64,000 nt of DNA from an uncultured Kiloniellaceae bacterium (GCA_964194935.1 CAXMOL010000067.1:85-64084), one strand, 5' to 3'. Shown: positions 22,716-33,594, numbered from the stretch's first letter. Notes: generated by a model from the letters alone, not told the origin. Program-made: numbers and translations.

Positions 22716-23702
22716 GTGCACTACTTCGTCACAGGAGCGACAGGGTTCGTCGGCGGATATGTCACCTCGCAGCTTCTTGGTGCCGGCCACGATGTGACTG
22801 CGCTTGTGCGAACCAAGCAAGACGCACGGGACATCTCCGAATACGGGGTCCGACCCCACGTCGGCTCGGTGACCGACAAGGAGGGAATGCGGAGCGGGGT
22901 ACGAGGAGTCGACGGCGTTTTTCATAGTGCCGGCCACCGGCTCGCTTTCTCGGATCGGCGTCTGATGGAAGCGATAAACGTGCAGGGCACTCGCAACGTG
23001 TTCGAACTGGTGCGCGAACTCGCCATTCCCAAGTGCATATTTACAAGCACGCTCAACGTCTTTTCAGACACGAAGGGTCGCGCGGTCGATGAAGGTCACC
23101 GCTTCAGCGGCAAGCATCTGACCGAATACGACAGGGTCCGAGCCGATGCGCACTTCGGAGTCGCACTACCGATGATGAATGCCGGGGTGCCAATCGTGGC
23201 GTTGCTGCCAGGCATGGTCTACGGACCCGGAGATACCAGCGCGATGGCACGACTCGTCACCCGAGCGATGCTCGGCCGGGTGATCGCTGTCGCCGCTGCA
23301 CCGTCCTACTCCTGGGCGCATGTCATGGATGTCGCTCACGCCCACGTGCTCGCCATGCAGTTCGGTCGACCGGGTGAGGCGTACATAATCGGCGGCCCAT
23401 CGCACACTGTTCGTGAGGCGTTGATCGTGGCTGCCACCGCCGCAGGTAAGAAGCGGGTGCCGATCGCGGTTCCGTCGTGGGTTGCAAAGGGAGCCGCTGC
23501 CGTGGTGGGTCCGGTATCTGCCGTCTTCAGACCGTTGCGGCGTACGGCCGAGCGGCTCCGACTCGCCTCCGGGGTCACCTATTTAGGTGATGATTCGAAG
23601 GCGCGCGAGGAGCTCGGGTTTGATCCGAGATCCTTGGCTGAAGGGATGCCGGACGCCGCCCGAGCCATGCTCGAGGAGATGATCCAGGATTCGGCGGGTT
23701 AG
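22716..23702 (+). CDS. NAD-dependent epimerase/dehydratase (extended SDR)
   Basis: Rossmann motif VTGATGFVGG. 328 aa. Confidence 0.75.
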   Translation: MHYFVTGATGFVGGYVTSQLLGAGHDVTALVRTKQDARDISEYGVRPHVGSVTDKEGMRSGVRGVDGVFHSAGHRLAFSDRRLMEAINVQGTRNVFELVRELAIPKCIFTSTLNVFSDTKGRAVDEGHRFSGKHLTEYDRVRADAHFGVALPMMNAGVPIVALLPGMVYGPGDTSAMARLVTRAMLGRVIAVAAAPSYSWAHVMDVAHAHVLAMQFGRPGEAYIIGGPSHTVREALIVAATAAGKKRVPIAVPSWVAKGAAAVVGPVSAVFRPLRRTAERLRLASGVTYLGDDSKAREELGFDPRSLAEGMPDAARAMLEEMIQDSAG

Positions 23703-23760
23703 GCACGCGCAATAATGCTCACGCTCGCCGCACGGTGAGTCTGTGTTCGGAGGTTTTTTC

Positions 23761-26265
23761 ATGGCGACTGATCGGCTTACCCGCGCTGAGGCAGAGGAGC
23801 GTTTCGAGGCCATCTCGAACATCGAATACTCGTTGCATCTCGATCTCGAAAGAGGCGCCAAATCCTTTAGCGGCGATGTCACGATCTCCTTCGAGCATCG
23901 TGGCGGCGACACATTCATCGAGTGGCTTGGCGGCCACATCGAGCGGATGACGATCAACGGAGTCGAGGTCGCACCGGTTTGGGACGGTGAGCGTATTTCG
24001 CTGCCTGCGGCCGATCTCGAGGCCCAAAACGAGGTCCATGTGGCCTACCAGCGTCCGTTCGATCACACCGGTGAAGGGTTCCATCGGTTTACCGACCCCG
24101 AGGATGGGGCCGAGTACCTGTACACCCAGTTCGAGCCATATTCGGCGCATCGGGTGTTTCCCTGTTTCGACCAGCCCGACCTCAAGGCGACGTATGCGGT
24201 GAGTGTCGCGGCTCCCGCCGAGTGGTCCGTGGTCACCGCTGGTCGGGAGATCGACGTAGAAGAGCTCCCGGGAGAGCGGACCCGTCGGGTCTTTGCCGAA
24301 GAGGGACCGTTTAGCACCTACCTGCTGGCGATCTGTGCCGGCGACTACGTCGGAGTGTTCGACGAACACAACGGGATCCCACTTGGGCTCTACACCCGCA
24401 AGTCGAACGCCGGGTATCTAGATGCGGCCCCGCTGTTCGATCTCACCAAGCGCGGCATCGACTTCTACAGCGCTCTGTTTAGTGAGCCTTATCCCTTCGG
24501 CAAGTACGACCAGCTCTTCGTACCCGAGTTCAACTGGGGGGGAATGGAGAATGTCGCCGCCATCACCTATACGGACACCGTGGTGTTCAAGGAGCCGCCG
24601 ACAGCGGACCAGATCGTCCGTCGGGCGGAGTATTTCATGCACGAACTCGCCCACATGTGGTTCGGCGACTTGGTGACGCTCAAGTGGTGGAACGACCTGT
24701 GGCTGAACGAGTCCTTTGCCTCCTATGTGGCCTATCTGGCGATGGAGGACGAGTACCCCCACATCTGGCAGGACTTCAACTACCGAATGAAGCTGTGGGC
24801 CTATCGCGAGGACCAACGGCCGACGACCCACCGCATCGCAGATGACATCGAAACCACGGATGAGACCTTTCTCAACTTCGATGGGATCACGTATGGCAAG
24901 GGGGCAGCGGTCCTAAAGCAATTGGTGCGGATGATTGGTCGCGATGGGTTTCGCGATGGCTTGCGGACCTACTTCCGTCGTCACCGATACGGCAATGCGA
25001 CCCTCGCCGATTTCCTTGCTGCATTACAGGAGGGCTCGGGTGTCGATTTGGTGGCGTGGGCTGCTCGCTGGCTGCGAACTCCTTCGCTCAACACGTTGTC
25101 GGTCGATTGGGACGAGTCCGATGGGCAGGTGACCGCGATGAAGCTCAAACAGGCCGCACCGGACGACCATCCGCACTTGCGTCCCCACGCTTTGGGCATT
25201 GCTCTTCTCGACGGCGACGGTGAAATGCACGAGGTCGACGCAGTGATCGAAGATGAGGTCGAGGCCTCCGTCGACGCTGCCGAGGGGCTGCCTGCTCCGG
25301 TGTTTGTCTATCCGAACCACGGGGACCACGCCTTTGCCAAGATCGCACTCGATCCTCGTTCTACCGCTTGGGCTCGGGGGAATCTCGGATCGATCAAAGA
25401 ACCCCTGCTGCGCCAGCAGGTGTGGGCATCGCTTTGGGAGATGGTGCGAGACCGGCAGCTGTCATCGTTGGAGTACTTGGGAACGGTTCGGTCGGTTCTT
25501 CCGGATGAGCGTTCGTTGTCGATCGTGCAAATGGTGACTGCTACTTCCCTGGCGGCAGTTGGTCGCTACGTACCCGACCATCGGATTGACAGCGAGGCTT
25601 CGGCTTTGGTCGTAGCCGCTCGAGCTGCAATCGACACGGCTCCGCCCGGGGATCTCAGAGTGTTGTGGGCGAGAGCCCTGACCGGGGTGGCTGTGACGCC
25701 CGCAGATGCAGTAGCTGCTGCGCAGTTGCTAGATGCTCCGCCGGATGGTCTTGCTATCGACCAGAACATGAGGTGGTCGGTGGCAGTTCGTTGGATTGCG
25801 CTCGGTGTCGATGGTGCTGAGGAGCGACTTGCCGCTGAGCGGGAACGCGATGCTTCGGATCGTGGCGATCGGGCCATGGCCCAGGCTGAGGCTGCCACCC
25901 CCGTCGCGGCCACCAAGGAAGAAGTGTGGGACCGACTACACCACAGTGGCTACCCGTCCCTCCATCTGGCCCTGGCCGCTGCTGGCGGGTTCTGGCGGCG
26001 GACCCAGCGAGAAATTGTTGAACCGTTCGTTGCGCGTTTCTTCGACGGGGTAACCGGGTTGTTCGATGATTGGGAGCACGAGGCGGCTAAGAACTATTAC
26101 GCATCCTTCTTTCCCGGCTATCGAGTGGAGACTTCGACTCTGGATTTCATAGAAGAAGTGCTTGGCAACGACTCGATCGGTCCGATGCTGCGGCGTCTGC
26201 TCACCGAGTCGTCCGACGACTTGCAGCGAGCCTTGGCGTGTCGGGCGCTGGCGGCCGCTGGTTGA
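23761..26265 (+). CDS. pepN: aminopeptidase N (M1 family)
   Basis: GGMEN exopeptidase motif and zinc site HELAHMWFGDLVT...WLNESFA. GGAGG Shine-Dalgarno 7 nt upstream of the ATG at 23761. Confidence 0.9.
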   Translation: MATDRLTRAEAEERFEAISNIEYSLHLDLERGAKSFSGDVTISFEHRGGDTFIEWLGGHIERMTINGVEVAPVWDGERISLPAADLEAQNEVHVAYQRPFDHTGEGFHRFTDPEDGAEYLYTQFEPYSAHRVFPCFDQPDLKATYAVSVAAPAEWSVVTAGREIDVEELPGERTRRVFAEEGPFSTYLLAICAGDYVGVFDEHNGIPLGLYTRKSNAGYLDAAPLFDLTKRGIDFYSALFSEPYPFGKYDQLFVPEFNWGGMENVAAITYTDTVVFKEPPTADQIVRRAEYFMHELAHMWFGDLVTLKWWNDLWLNESFASYVAYLAMEDEYPHIWQDFNYRMKLWAYREDQRPTTHRIADDIETTDETFLNFDGITYGKGAAVLKQLVRMIGRDGFRDGLRTYFRRHRYGNATLADFLAALQEGSGVDLVAWAARWLRTPSLNTLSVDWDESDGQVTAMKLKQAAPDDHPHLRPHALGIALLDGDGEMHEVDAVIEDEVEASVDAAEGLPAPVFVYPNHGDHAFAKIALDPRSTAWARGNLGSIKEPLLRQQVWASLWEMVRDRQLSSLEYLGTVRSVLPDERSLSIVQMVTATSLAAVGRYVPDHRIDSEASALVVAARAAIDTAPPGDLRVLWARALTGVAVTPADAVAAAQLLDAPPDGLAIDQNMRWSVAVRWIALGVDGAEERLAAERERDASDRGDRAMAQAEAATPVAATKEEVWDRLHHSGYPSLHLALAAAGGFWRRTQREIVEPFVARFFDGVTGLFDDWEHEAAKNYYASFFPGYRVETSTLDFIEEVLGNDSIGPMLRRLLTESSDDLQRALACRALAAAG

Positions 26266-26268
26266 TGC

Positions 26269-27774
26269 TCAACTCACGCCACAGATCTCACCCAGTGGCG
26301 GGATGCCCAACTGTTCCGACGTCGTCAACGGGTCACCTGACAGCACCCGCGCCACGGTGTCTCGGATGACCGAGACGATTGGGACCCAGTAACCCTGCGG
26401 GTTCTTGGCGACGTAGGCCGTGCCGGTGCCGACCAGTTCGGGGGCGTTCGGCATGAACCGCACTGAGATCATCGATCGGGTGTCGACCGACGTGGCGAGT
26501 TCGATGAAGTCTGGCCACGCAGCCACCGGAATGTCGGTGATGACGCTGGCCTGGATGGCGGGCACCAGGCCAGGTAGCTCCGAGATGAGTGCGACGGGAT
26601 TCATCTGTGCGGCCAATGCTTCCAGTACGCAGCGCTGCCGTCCCATGCGGTTGTAGTCGTCGCTGCCCCGTCGGACCCGGGCGTACGACAACACCTCCTC
26701 GCCATCCATCTCGTAGGTGCCGGGGGCGAACAGCACCGGGATCTCATCGCCGCCGGGACGGGTGTACTGCTCATCCTCCACGAATGAGGTGACTGTGATC
26801 GTGAGTCCGCCGAGGGCGTCGACGATGGACACGAACCCGAGGAGTTCGACGAGGGCGTAGTTGTGGATGTCGATCCCGTAGAGGTACTCCACCAGGTCCA
26901 TCACCGCTCGCGCCCCCGAGTTGTTGCCTCCCGGAAAGAGTTCGGGATGATCCAGGCCGTACTGATAGATCGTGTTGGCCAACTCGGGGTAGCAGTGGCA
27001 CTCCCATTCGTTGTAGGCCGGGTGGTCTTCGGGAAAAGGGAGCTCGATCTGATTGCGGGGCAACTGCAACAGTGCCGCATCTCCAGTGACCGGATCAACC
27101 GAAACCACGATGATTGAGTCGGTTCGCAGCCCGGGCCGGTCCGGTCCGGCGTCGCCGCCGAGCAGCAGCACGTTTATCCGCCGTTCCGCCAGCGGTGCGA
27201 GCGTTGTGGACGTCGTGGTGGGAGCGATCGTTGTCGTCGTGGGCGCGACGGTGCTGGTCGTCGCCGGAGTCGTCGGTGGAGTTGTCGCCACCGTGATCGT
27301 CGTCGTGACTGCTGCCTGACCCGGATCGACCGAGTAGTCGTAGGTGAGCAGGTCATACAGGGCCAGGTTGCGTTGGGCGGCCCAGGCGTGTGGTGCGGCT
27401 ACTGCTATTGCGAAGACAGAAAGTAGGGCCGCAACTGTGAGAAGCCGTTTTCCGGCAAAGCCTCCACCGGCGAGCCAGTACGCATCCAATGCCGCCAGAG
27501 AGCGAAACGCCAGGACCGCCACATTGGCCGCGAGGAGGAGCAGTAGGTATCCGGGATGTTCGAAGAACGGGCGGATTAGGTCGAGTGCGAATGCCTTGCC
27601 GTCGCTGAACAAGAGTGCAATCCCGACGATCGTCACCGGTAGGGCGACGATCAGAGTGAATGCGAGGAGCGCGGCTCCACGCCGCCGATGTCCTGCGAAC
27701 AGATGCCCCAGTCCAGGGATTAGTCCGCTTAGAAAGGCGGCGACCACTGGCGATGCGGGTCCACGCAATCCCAC
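26269..27774 (-). CDS. LytR-CpsA-Psr (LCP) family cell-envelope phosphotransferase
   Basis: Four N-terminal TM helices, a Thr/Pro-rich linker, then INVLLLGGDAGPDRPGLRTDSIIVVSVDP, typical of the LCP catalytic domain. Confidence 0.8.
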   Translation of the reverse strand: MGLRGPASPVVAAFLSGLIPGLGHLFAGHRRRGAALLAFTLIVALPVTIVGIALLFSDGKAFALDLIRPFFEHPGYLLLLLAANVAVLAFRSLAALDAYWLAGGGFAGKRLLTVAALLSVFAIAVAAPHAWAAQRNLALYDLLTYDYSVDPGQAAVTTTITVATTPPTTPATTSTVAPTTTTIAPTTTSTTLAPLAERRINVLLLGGDAGPDRPGLRTDSIIVVSVDPVTGDAALLQLPRNQIELPFPEDHPAYNEWECHCYPELANTIYQYGLDHPELFPGGNNSGARAVMDLVEYLYGIDIHNYALVELLGFVSIVDALGGLTITVTSFVEDEQYTRPGGDEIPVLFAPGTYEMDGEEVLSYARVRRGSDDYNRMGRQRCVLEALAAQMNPVALISELPGLVPAIQASVITDIPVAAWPDFIELATSVDTRSMISVRFMPNAPELVGTGTAYVAKNPQGYWVPIVSVIRDTVARVLSGDPLTTSEQLGIPPLGEICGVS

Positions 27775-27873
27775 GCGATCAGCCTACGTCGCGTTCCAGC
27801 CGATCGCTCGCCGTCTGCTCGTTGACCGATCCTGGTTCGGCGTGACGACCCGTTTTGTGAAGACCGGGCGCAA

Positions 27874-28137
27874 ATGGGAGTGCGGTCTAACCTTCGTCAG
27901 ATGCTGCGACTTCTCATGCAAGTCGACGAGCTTGTCCCCGAGGATGTGCGCGATCGGGCCGACGAGATCATCGACACCGTAAAGGCTGATCCCACTCTGC
28001 TGGCCGTTCTCGTTGCGGTTGGTGTGGCCACCCTCGCACTCTTCGTGTGGGGACTCACCAAGCAGGTATTCAAGGCCACCTTGTTTGCCGGTCTCGCCAG
28101 TGCCGGCGTCTGGTATTGGTACTTCAACGTCAAGTAG
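27874..28137 (+). CDS. small hypothetical membrane protein
   Basis: 87 aa with two predicted hydrophobic helices (LLAVLVAVGVATLALFVWGL; ATLFAGLASAGVWYWYF). No family recognised. Confidence 0.4.
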   Translation: MGVRSNLRQMLRLLMQVDELVPEDVRDRADEIIDTVKADPTLLAVLVAVGVATLALFVWGLTKQVFKATLFAGLASAGVWYWYFNVK

Positions 28138-28140
28138 CGC

Positions 28141-28596
28141 CTACAGGCCGATGGCGACGAGTAGCCAGCCGACCCCCAACCCGTAGAGCCCAGCGATCAC
28201 ATCGTCGAGGGTGATCCCAACCGGCCCGTGCATCCGGTCGGCTGCTGCCACCCCGGGGAGCACCTTGAAGATGTCGGCTGCCCTCGCGACAACGACGGCT
28301 GCCACCCATGGAATCCCACCCAGTCCGACGATGGCGACCAGTGTTCCGGCCGTCTCATCCATGCAGATCCATCCGGGGTCCCCCTCTGCGGCGAATGGTT
28401 TGGCCGACCAGACCGAAGCGATCGTCGCAACCGTGGCCAATGTGAGCGTGATCCACCATTGCGCCCCTACCGCTAGGAGGCCTAATCCGATAGCGGCTCC
28501 CAAGGCTGCCCCAAAGGTTCCAGCTCCGGAGTCGGACCCCCACAGGCGCCGCGGGATCAGCCCGAGTCCGAACGATGAAGCGACAAGTCGATGCAT
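28141..28596 (-). CDS. pgpA: phosphatidylglycerophosphatase A
   Basis: SSFGLGLIP...GAGTFG N-terminus and the DETAG motif, typical of PgpA. Confidence 0.8.
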   Translation of the reverse strand: MHRLVASSFGLGLIPRRLWGSDSGAGTFGAALGAAIGLGLLAVGAQWWITLTLATVATIASVWSAKPFAAEGDPGWICMDETAGTLVAIVGLGGIPWVAAVVVARAADIFKVLPGVAAADRMHGPVGITLDDVIAGLYGLGVGWLLVAIGL

Positions 28597-28629
28597 GGCC
28601 CGCGAGCGTAACTCTCATCACTAGCCTCG

Positions 28630-30558
28630 ATGACCATGCGACCCGAACATCTCACTGCGTATGCCTCGCTGTCCGACCCGCAACTCCATCCCGACGGAGT
28701 GCGTATCGCATTCGTCGTCTCCCGAATGAACTTCGAGGAGGACAGATACGACCAAACGATCTGGGTGTGGGATGGAACCGCACCGACCCAATTCACGCAT
28801 GGACCGGTCGACTTTCGGCCGCGCTGGTCTCCCGAGGGAGATCGACTGGCATTCTTGCGCGCCAGCGGCGAGCCGGGTGAGGGACCGCAGGTAGCGGTCA
28901 TGGCTACGACCGGCGAAGCGCAGCTCGTGACGGAGTTCGACATCAAGGCCGTCGAAGCGGAGTGGTCGCCCGATGGATCTCGTCTCGCCGTAACAGGCGA
29001 AACCTGGAAAGCGGACTGGGCTGATCTCGACGACGAGGAGCGCAACCGCAAGCCGCGCCGCATCGACGGCGCACGCTGGAGATATGACGGTGCCGGTTTC
29101 CTCCACGATCGGGTGCGCTCCATCTACCTGGTCGATCTGGTCGGTGGCGATCCGGTGGCGATCACCAGCGGTCATCTCGATGGAGGGATCATGTGGCGTC
29201 CCGATGGGTCCGCGGTCGGGTTTCTCAGCGCCCGTCATGCTCGTACCGGATTCGACGGGGCCAACCAGGCCTGGCAGATCGGAGTCGAGGGTGGTGAGCC
29301 GGAGGCACTCGTTGCTCCGGGGATGTGGTCAGTGTTGTCCTTCCGCCCCGACGGTGTGCCGCATGTCGTGGGACTGCCCGACGCCGCTGCGTATCCAGGT
29401 GTCTACGCCTTGTATCGGTTGGACAACGGGACTCCGGTCAGGCTCGCAGCCGATTACGACCGCAATCTGTATCCGCCGGCACCTGCGACGTCACCAGACG
29501 GCCCGCAATGGCTGGACGATGGGTCGTGTCGGATCATCTCAGAAGATCGCGGCATCCTCAACGTGGTCGAGGTAGCGGCTGACGGCTCTTGGCATGAGGT
29601 GCTCGGCGGCCGGCGACTGGTGACCGGAATGACGACACGCCCTGACGGAAGCGCGATGGCTCTGGTGTCCACGTCGGTCACCGACCCGGGGGAGTTGTAC
29701 TGGTTCGAGGCTGGTGAGGAGAGCGCCATCACCGCCATCAACGCCGACTTCCGTGATGCCGCAGACCTGGTGGAGCCCGAGTTCTTCACCGTGGAAAACG
29801 ATGGGGTCGAACTCGATGTCTGGGTATTCATGCCCGTCGGCGGTGACAAGGTCCCGACTCTGCTCAACATCCACGGCGGACCGGCGACCCAGTACGGCTG
29901 GGGTTTCTTCGATGAGTTCCAGGTGTTCGCCGGCGCCGGTTACGGCGTTGTCGCGACCAACCCCCGTGGCTCTTCCGGACGCGGTGAAGAATTCGTGAGG
30001 GCTCCGGTGATGCGGTGGGTCGAGGATCGATCTCCGGATCTCGAGGATCTGCTTGCTGCGACGGATGCATCTCTCGAACGTTTCGACCGTCTGGATGGCG
30101 ATCGACTGGGAATCATGGGTGGGTCATACGGTGGCCTGATGTCGGCGAAGATCCTGGGTGTCGACCATCGCTGGAAGAGTGCCGTTCCGGAACGGGGTTT
30201 GTACAACTTCGCATCGTTTGCCGGTACGTCGGACATCGGGTTCTCGTTTCCCGGCAGGTATCTCGGAGACTGGAATTACGACGATTGGTCGGTCTTGTGG
30301 GAGGCCAGCCCGTTGCGCACCGCGCACCGCATCACGGCGCCATGTCTCATCGTGCACTCCGAAAACGATCACCGGTGTCCCATCGAACAGGGCGAGCAAT
30401 TCTTCGGCGTGCTGCTCGACAACGGAATCGAGGCCGAGTTGCTGCGGTTCCCCGGGGAGGGCCACGAACTCTCCCGAGGTGGCAAACCGGTTCATCGCCG
30501 GGAGCGATTCGAGGCGATTCTGGAGTGGCACAACCGCCATCTCGCGGCACCGGCCTAG
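28630..30558 (+). CDS. S9 family serine peptidase (acylaminoacyl/prolyl oligopeptidase-like)
   Basis: N-terminal beta-propeller-like region, C-terminal hydrolase with GGSYGG nucleophile elbow, HSENDHRCP and GEGHEL. Confidence 0.85.
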   Translation: MTMRPEHLTAYASLSDPQLHPDGVRIAFVVSRMNFEEDRYDQTIWVWDGTAPTQFTHGPVDFRPRWSPEGDRLAFLRASGEPGEGPQVAVMATTGEAQLVTEFDIKAVEAEWSPDGSRLAVTGETWKADWADLDDEERNRKPRRIDGARWRYDGAGFLHDRVRSIYLVDLVGGDPVAITSGHLDGGIMWRPDGSAVGFLSARHARTGFDGANQAWQIGVEGGEPEALVAPGMWSVLSFRPDGVPHVVGLPDAAAYPGVYALYRLDNGTPVRLAADYDRNLYPPAPATSPDGPQWLDDGSCRIISEDRGILNVVEVAADGSWHEVLGGRRLVTGMTTRPDGSAMALVSTSVTDPGELYWFEAGEESAITAINADFRDAADLVEPEFFTVENDGVELDVWVFMPVGGDKVPTLLNIHGGPATQYGWGFFDEFQVFAGAGYGVVATNPRGSSGRGEEFVRAPVMRWVEDRSPDLEDLLAATDASLERFDRLDGDRLGIMGGSYGGLMSAKILGVDHRWKSAVPERGLYNFASFAGTSDIGFSFPGRYLGDWNYDDWSVLWEASPLRTAHRITAPCLIVHSENDHRCPIEQGEQFFGVLLDNGIEAELLRFPGEGHELSRGGKPVHRRERFEAILEWHNRHLAAPA

Positions 30559-30579
30559 TCCTCGACTTGTTCCCACCGG

Positions 30580-31047
30580 TTGGTGCGGGGAGGATGTGAA
30601 GTGCGACCGTCAGGAGGGCAAGTGGGTCAGGAGCCGAATATCCACGTTGGGTTCGAGAACTTGCCGCGTGCGGTCCCGGAGCCGGCTGCACCGGCGCGCT
30701 GGTTACCGCAACGGCCAGGTGACTTTGTCTCGCCGGACGAGGTGCCCTGGGGTGGAGTCTTTGGCACCCCGGGACCGGACACCGGATTTGCGTACAAGAT
30801 CGTCAAGAACCTCGATCTGCCCGGAGGAGCGCATCGTCGCTCCGACATCGAGGCGGTCCTCGTCGCTGTGATGTCGGCGCGGTCCTCGTCGATCGGCCGT
30901 GCTCCGACGGCCGCGGATGCCCCGGTGGCGATCGATCTCCTGGAGCTCACCGAAGCTTCGGCAGACTCCTTTGCCGGAATCGCTCACGACCACGTCCGGC
31001 TCGGCGCCGTCGTCGCGGCCATCCCAATGGAGCGCCTCACCTCATGA
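30580..31047 (+). CDS. hypothetical protein
   Basis: 155-aa ORF with a 4-nt overlap to the downstream FAH gene. No recognisable motif. The start codon is uncertain (several in-frame GTG). Confidence 0.4.
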   Translation: MVRGGCEVRPSGGQVGQEPNIHVGFENLPRAVPEPAAPARWLPQRPGDFVSPDEVPWGGVFGTPGPDTGFAYKIVKNLDLPGGAHRRSDIEAVLVAVMSARSSSIGRAPTAADAPVAIDLLELTEASADSFAGIAHDHVRLGAVVAAIPMERLTS

Positions 31048-31808
31048 AGATCGTGCGTGTAAAGCTCAAGGATGATGAGATCGCATACGGAGCGGTCGAA
31101 CCAGAGGGGGTTCGAGTCCACCTTGGATCACCATTCGTGGCCTGGGAGCCGACGGAGTCCGTGCTGTCGTTCGACGAGGTCCAGCTCTTGGCCCCGGTCT
31201 TTCCGACCAAGATTGTGGGCATCGGTCGTAACTACGCCGAGCATGCTGCGGAGCAGGACGCCGCGGTACCCGACGAGCCGGTGATCTTCTTAAAGCCGTC
31301 GACTGCGGTGATCGGCCCCGGTCAGCCGATCGTTCTTCCACCCGAGGCGAGCATTGTTCACCACGAGGCCGAATTGGCGATCGTTGTCGGGAAGGTGAGC
31401 CGCAAGGTAAAGGCCGAAGACGCCTCGGCTCACATCATCGGTTACACCGCGGCCAATGATGTCTCGGCCCGCGACCTCCAGGCCAAGGATGGCCAGTGGA
31501 TACGGGCCAAAGGATTCGACACCTTCTGCCCTCTTGGACCTGCGCTTGAAACGGAGCTGGACCCTGTCGGGTTGTCGATCACCTGTGCGGTAAACGGTGA
31601 TATCAAACAGGACGGCAACACCGAAGACATGGTGTTTGGAGTTGCCGAGATCTTCGAGTTCGTAAGCCGAGTGATGACGCTGCTTCCGGGCGATGTGATC
31701 CTGACCGGTACTCCTGCCGGAGTCGGGCCGTTGATGGCCGGCGACTTTGTCGAGGTGTCGATCGAACGGATCGGCAGCCTGACCAATCCGGTAGTTGTCG
31801 GATCATGA
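31044..31808 (+). CDS. fumarylacetoacetate hydrolase (FAH) family protein
   Basis: KIVGIGRNYAEHA, EAELAIVVGK and GDVILTGTPAGVG. Confidence 0.85.
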   Translation: MKIVRVKLKDDEIAYGAVEPEGVRVHLGSPFVAWEPTESVLSFDEVQLLAPVFPTKIVGIGRNYAEHAAEQDAAVPDEPVIFLKPSTAVIGPGQPIVLPPEASIVHHEAELAIVVGKVSRKVKAEDASAHIIGYTAANDVSARDLQAKDGQWIRAKGFDTFCPLGPALETELDPVGLSITCAVNGDIKQDGNTEDMVFGVAEIFEFVSRVMTLLPGDVILTGTPAGVGPLMAGDFVEVSIERIGSLTNPVVVGS

Positions 31809-33247
31809 GCGTTCGGGTCAGGTTCGCTCCATCACCAACCGGCTACCTCCATGTTGGAGGCGGCCGTACCGCGCTCTACAACTGGCTCTTCGTGCGTCAT
31901 CACGGTGGTGAATTCATCCTGCGATCCGACGACACGGATGTTGAACGATCGACCGACGAGTTCCGCGCCGACATCCTCGACAGCCTGCGCTGGCTCGGAA
32001 TCGACTGGGACGAGGGCGTTGAAGTGGGCGGCCCACAAGGCACCTATCGGCAAAGCGACCGGTTCGAGCGCTACGCCGAGGTTGCAGCGGGATTCGTGGC
32101 TGCCGGTGTCGGCTACTACGACGGCGCCACTGCCGAAGATCTGCAAGCCATCCGCGACGAGGCAACGGCCTCTGGTTCTTCGCCGGTCTATGACGGCCGC
32201 CATCGACTGTCGGTGGCCGAGGCGCAGGAACGGATCGCCGCCGGATCACCGCCGCCGATCAGGTTCGGCATAAGCCGGCCGGGAACGACGCGGTTCGATG
32301 ACGCGGTCCGGGGCGAGGTGGTGTTCGAGCATGCCAACGTCGATGACTTCGTGATTCTCCGTAGCGACGGTTCTCCGACCTACCACCTGGCGTCGACCGT
32401 CGACGACGTCGACTACGCCGTCACCCACGTCGTTCGCGGTGAGGACATTCTGTCTTCCACGCCCAAGCACATCCTGATCACTGAGGCGATGGGGGTGGAG
32501 CCGCCGATATACGCCCACCTGTCACTTCTGCATGGCCCTGATGGCAAGAAGCTCTCCAAGCGCCATGGGGACACGGCGATCCGGGCCTATCGCGATGCGG
32601 GCTTCCTGCCGGAAGCGGTGGTCAACTTTCTGGCGATCCTCGGTTGGTCTCCCGGAGACGATGAAGAAATCGTCTCGCTCGACGAGATGGTGCAGCGGTT
32701 CGAGTTGAGCGCCGTTTCCAAGAATCCGGCTGTTTTCGACACGACAAAGCTCGAGTGGATGAACGGCATGTACATCCGTGAGATGGGTGCTGAGGATTTT
32801 GCGTCCCAACTCGGGGCGCTGGTCGGAACCGATCTCGGGCGTGAGTTGTCGGCTGGCGAAATTCAGGCTCTCGTCGACCTGGCGCCTCTCGTGCAAGAGC
32901 GCGCCAAATTGTTGACCGAGGTTGCCCCCCAGGTGAGGTTCTTGTTCGTCGATGAAGTCGAATACGACGAGGCCTCTTGGTCCAAGGCAATGAAGGCGCC
33001 CGCAGCCGCGACTGCATTGCGTGGTGCCGCGGTGGCGATGGCGGATGTCGAGTGGACCCATGACGGTGTAGAAGCGGCGCTGCGGGCCATGCTCGACGAA
33101 CTGGGATTGTCGGCCAGCAAGGGCCTCCAACCGCTACGGGTGGCGCTCACCGGATCCTCAGTGAGTCCGCCACTGTTCGAATCGATTGTCGCCGTCGGTC
33201 GGGAGTCGACCGTGGCCAGGTTCGAGGCTGCATTGGCCCGACTCTGA
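31805..33247 (+). CDS. gltX: glutamate--tRNA ligase
   Basis: RFAPSPTGYLHVGG (HIGH) and KLSKRHG (KMSKS). Confidence 0.95.
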   Translation: MSVRVRFAPSPTGYLHVGGGRTALYNWLFVRHHGGEFILRSDDTDVERSTDEFRADILDSLRWLGIDWDEGVEVGGPQGTYRQSDRFERYAEVAAGFVAAGVGYYDGATAEDLQAIRDEATASGSSPVYDGRHRLSVAEAQERIAAGSPPPIRFGISRPGTTRFDDAVRGEVVFEHANVDDFVILRSDGSPTYHLASTVDDVDYAVTHVVRGEDILSSTPKHILITEAMGVEPPIYAHLSLLHGPDGKKLSKRHGDTAIRAYRDAGFLPEAVVNFLAILGWSPGDDEEIVSLDEMVQRFELSAVSKNPAVFDTTKLEWMNGMYIREMGAEDFASQLGALVGTDLGRELSAGEIQALVDLAPLVQERAKLLTEVAPQVRFLFVDEVEYDEASWSKAMKAPAAATALRGAAVAMADVEWTHDGVEAALRAMLDELGLSASKGLQPLRVALTGSSVSPPLFESIVAVGRESTVARFEAALARL

Positions 33248-33322
33248 GCCCAATGATGCTCGGCGTGAGCCGTCGCTCTCGTCTTGCCAGTTGAGACCCC
33301 GTCGCTACCATTCACCGGCCCT

Positions 33323-33394
33323 TCGGGGGTGGTGTAATTGGCAACACAGCGGGTTCTGGTCCCGTCGTTGAGGGTTCGAGTCCTTCCCCCCGAG
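33323..33394 (+). tRNA. tRNA-Gln (anticodon CTG)
   Basis: Hand-folded cloverleaf: acceptor TCGGGGG/CCCCCGA, anticodon stem GCGGG/CCCGT with loop TTCTGGT, T-arm GAGGG-TTCGAGT-CCTTC. 72 nt, CCA not encoded. Confidence 0.85.
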
Positions 33395-33419
33395 CGAAGG
33401 TGGTATGAATACCGCCCTC

Positions 33420-33492
33420 GGCCCCGTCGTCTAGCGGCCTAGGACGCTGGCCTCTCAAGCCAGTAACGCCGGTTCAAATCCGGTCGGGGCTA
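33420..33492 (+). tRNA. tRNA-Glu (anticodon CTC)
   Basis: Hand-folded: acceptor GGCCCCG/CGGGGCT, anticodon stem CTGGC/GCCAG with loop CTCTCAA, T-loop TTCAAAT. 73 nt, CCA not encoded. Confidence 0.85.
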
Positions 33493-33594
33493 CGTTGTCG
33501 AGAAGTCGCTCGTCATGATTCGCCGGGTTGCTGTTCACCACCGGGCACATGTTGAGAGCGGGATCGACCCGGTAGAGTCACCGAACTCTGCGCT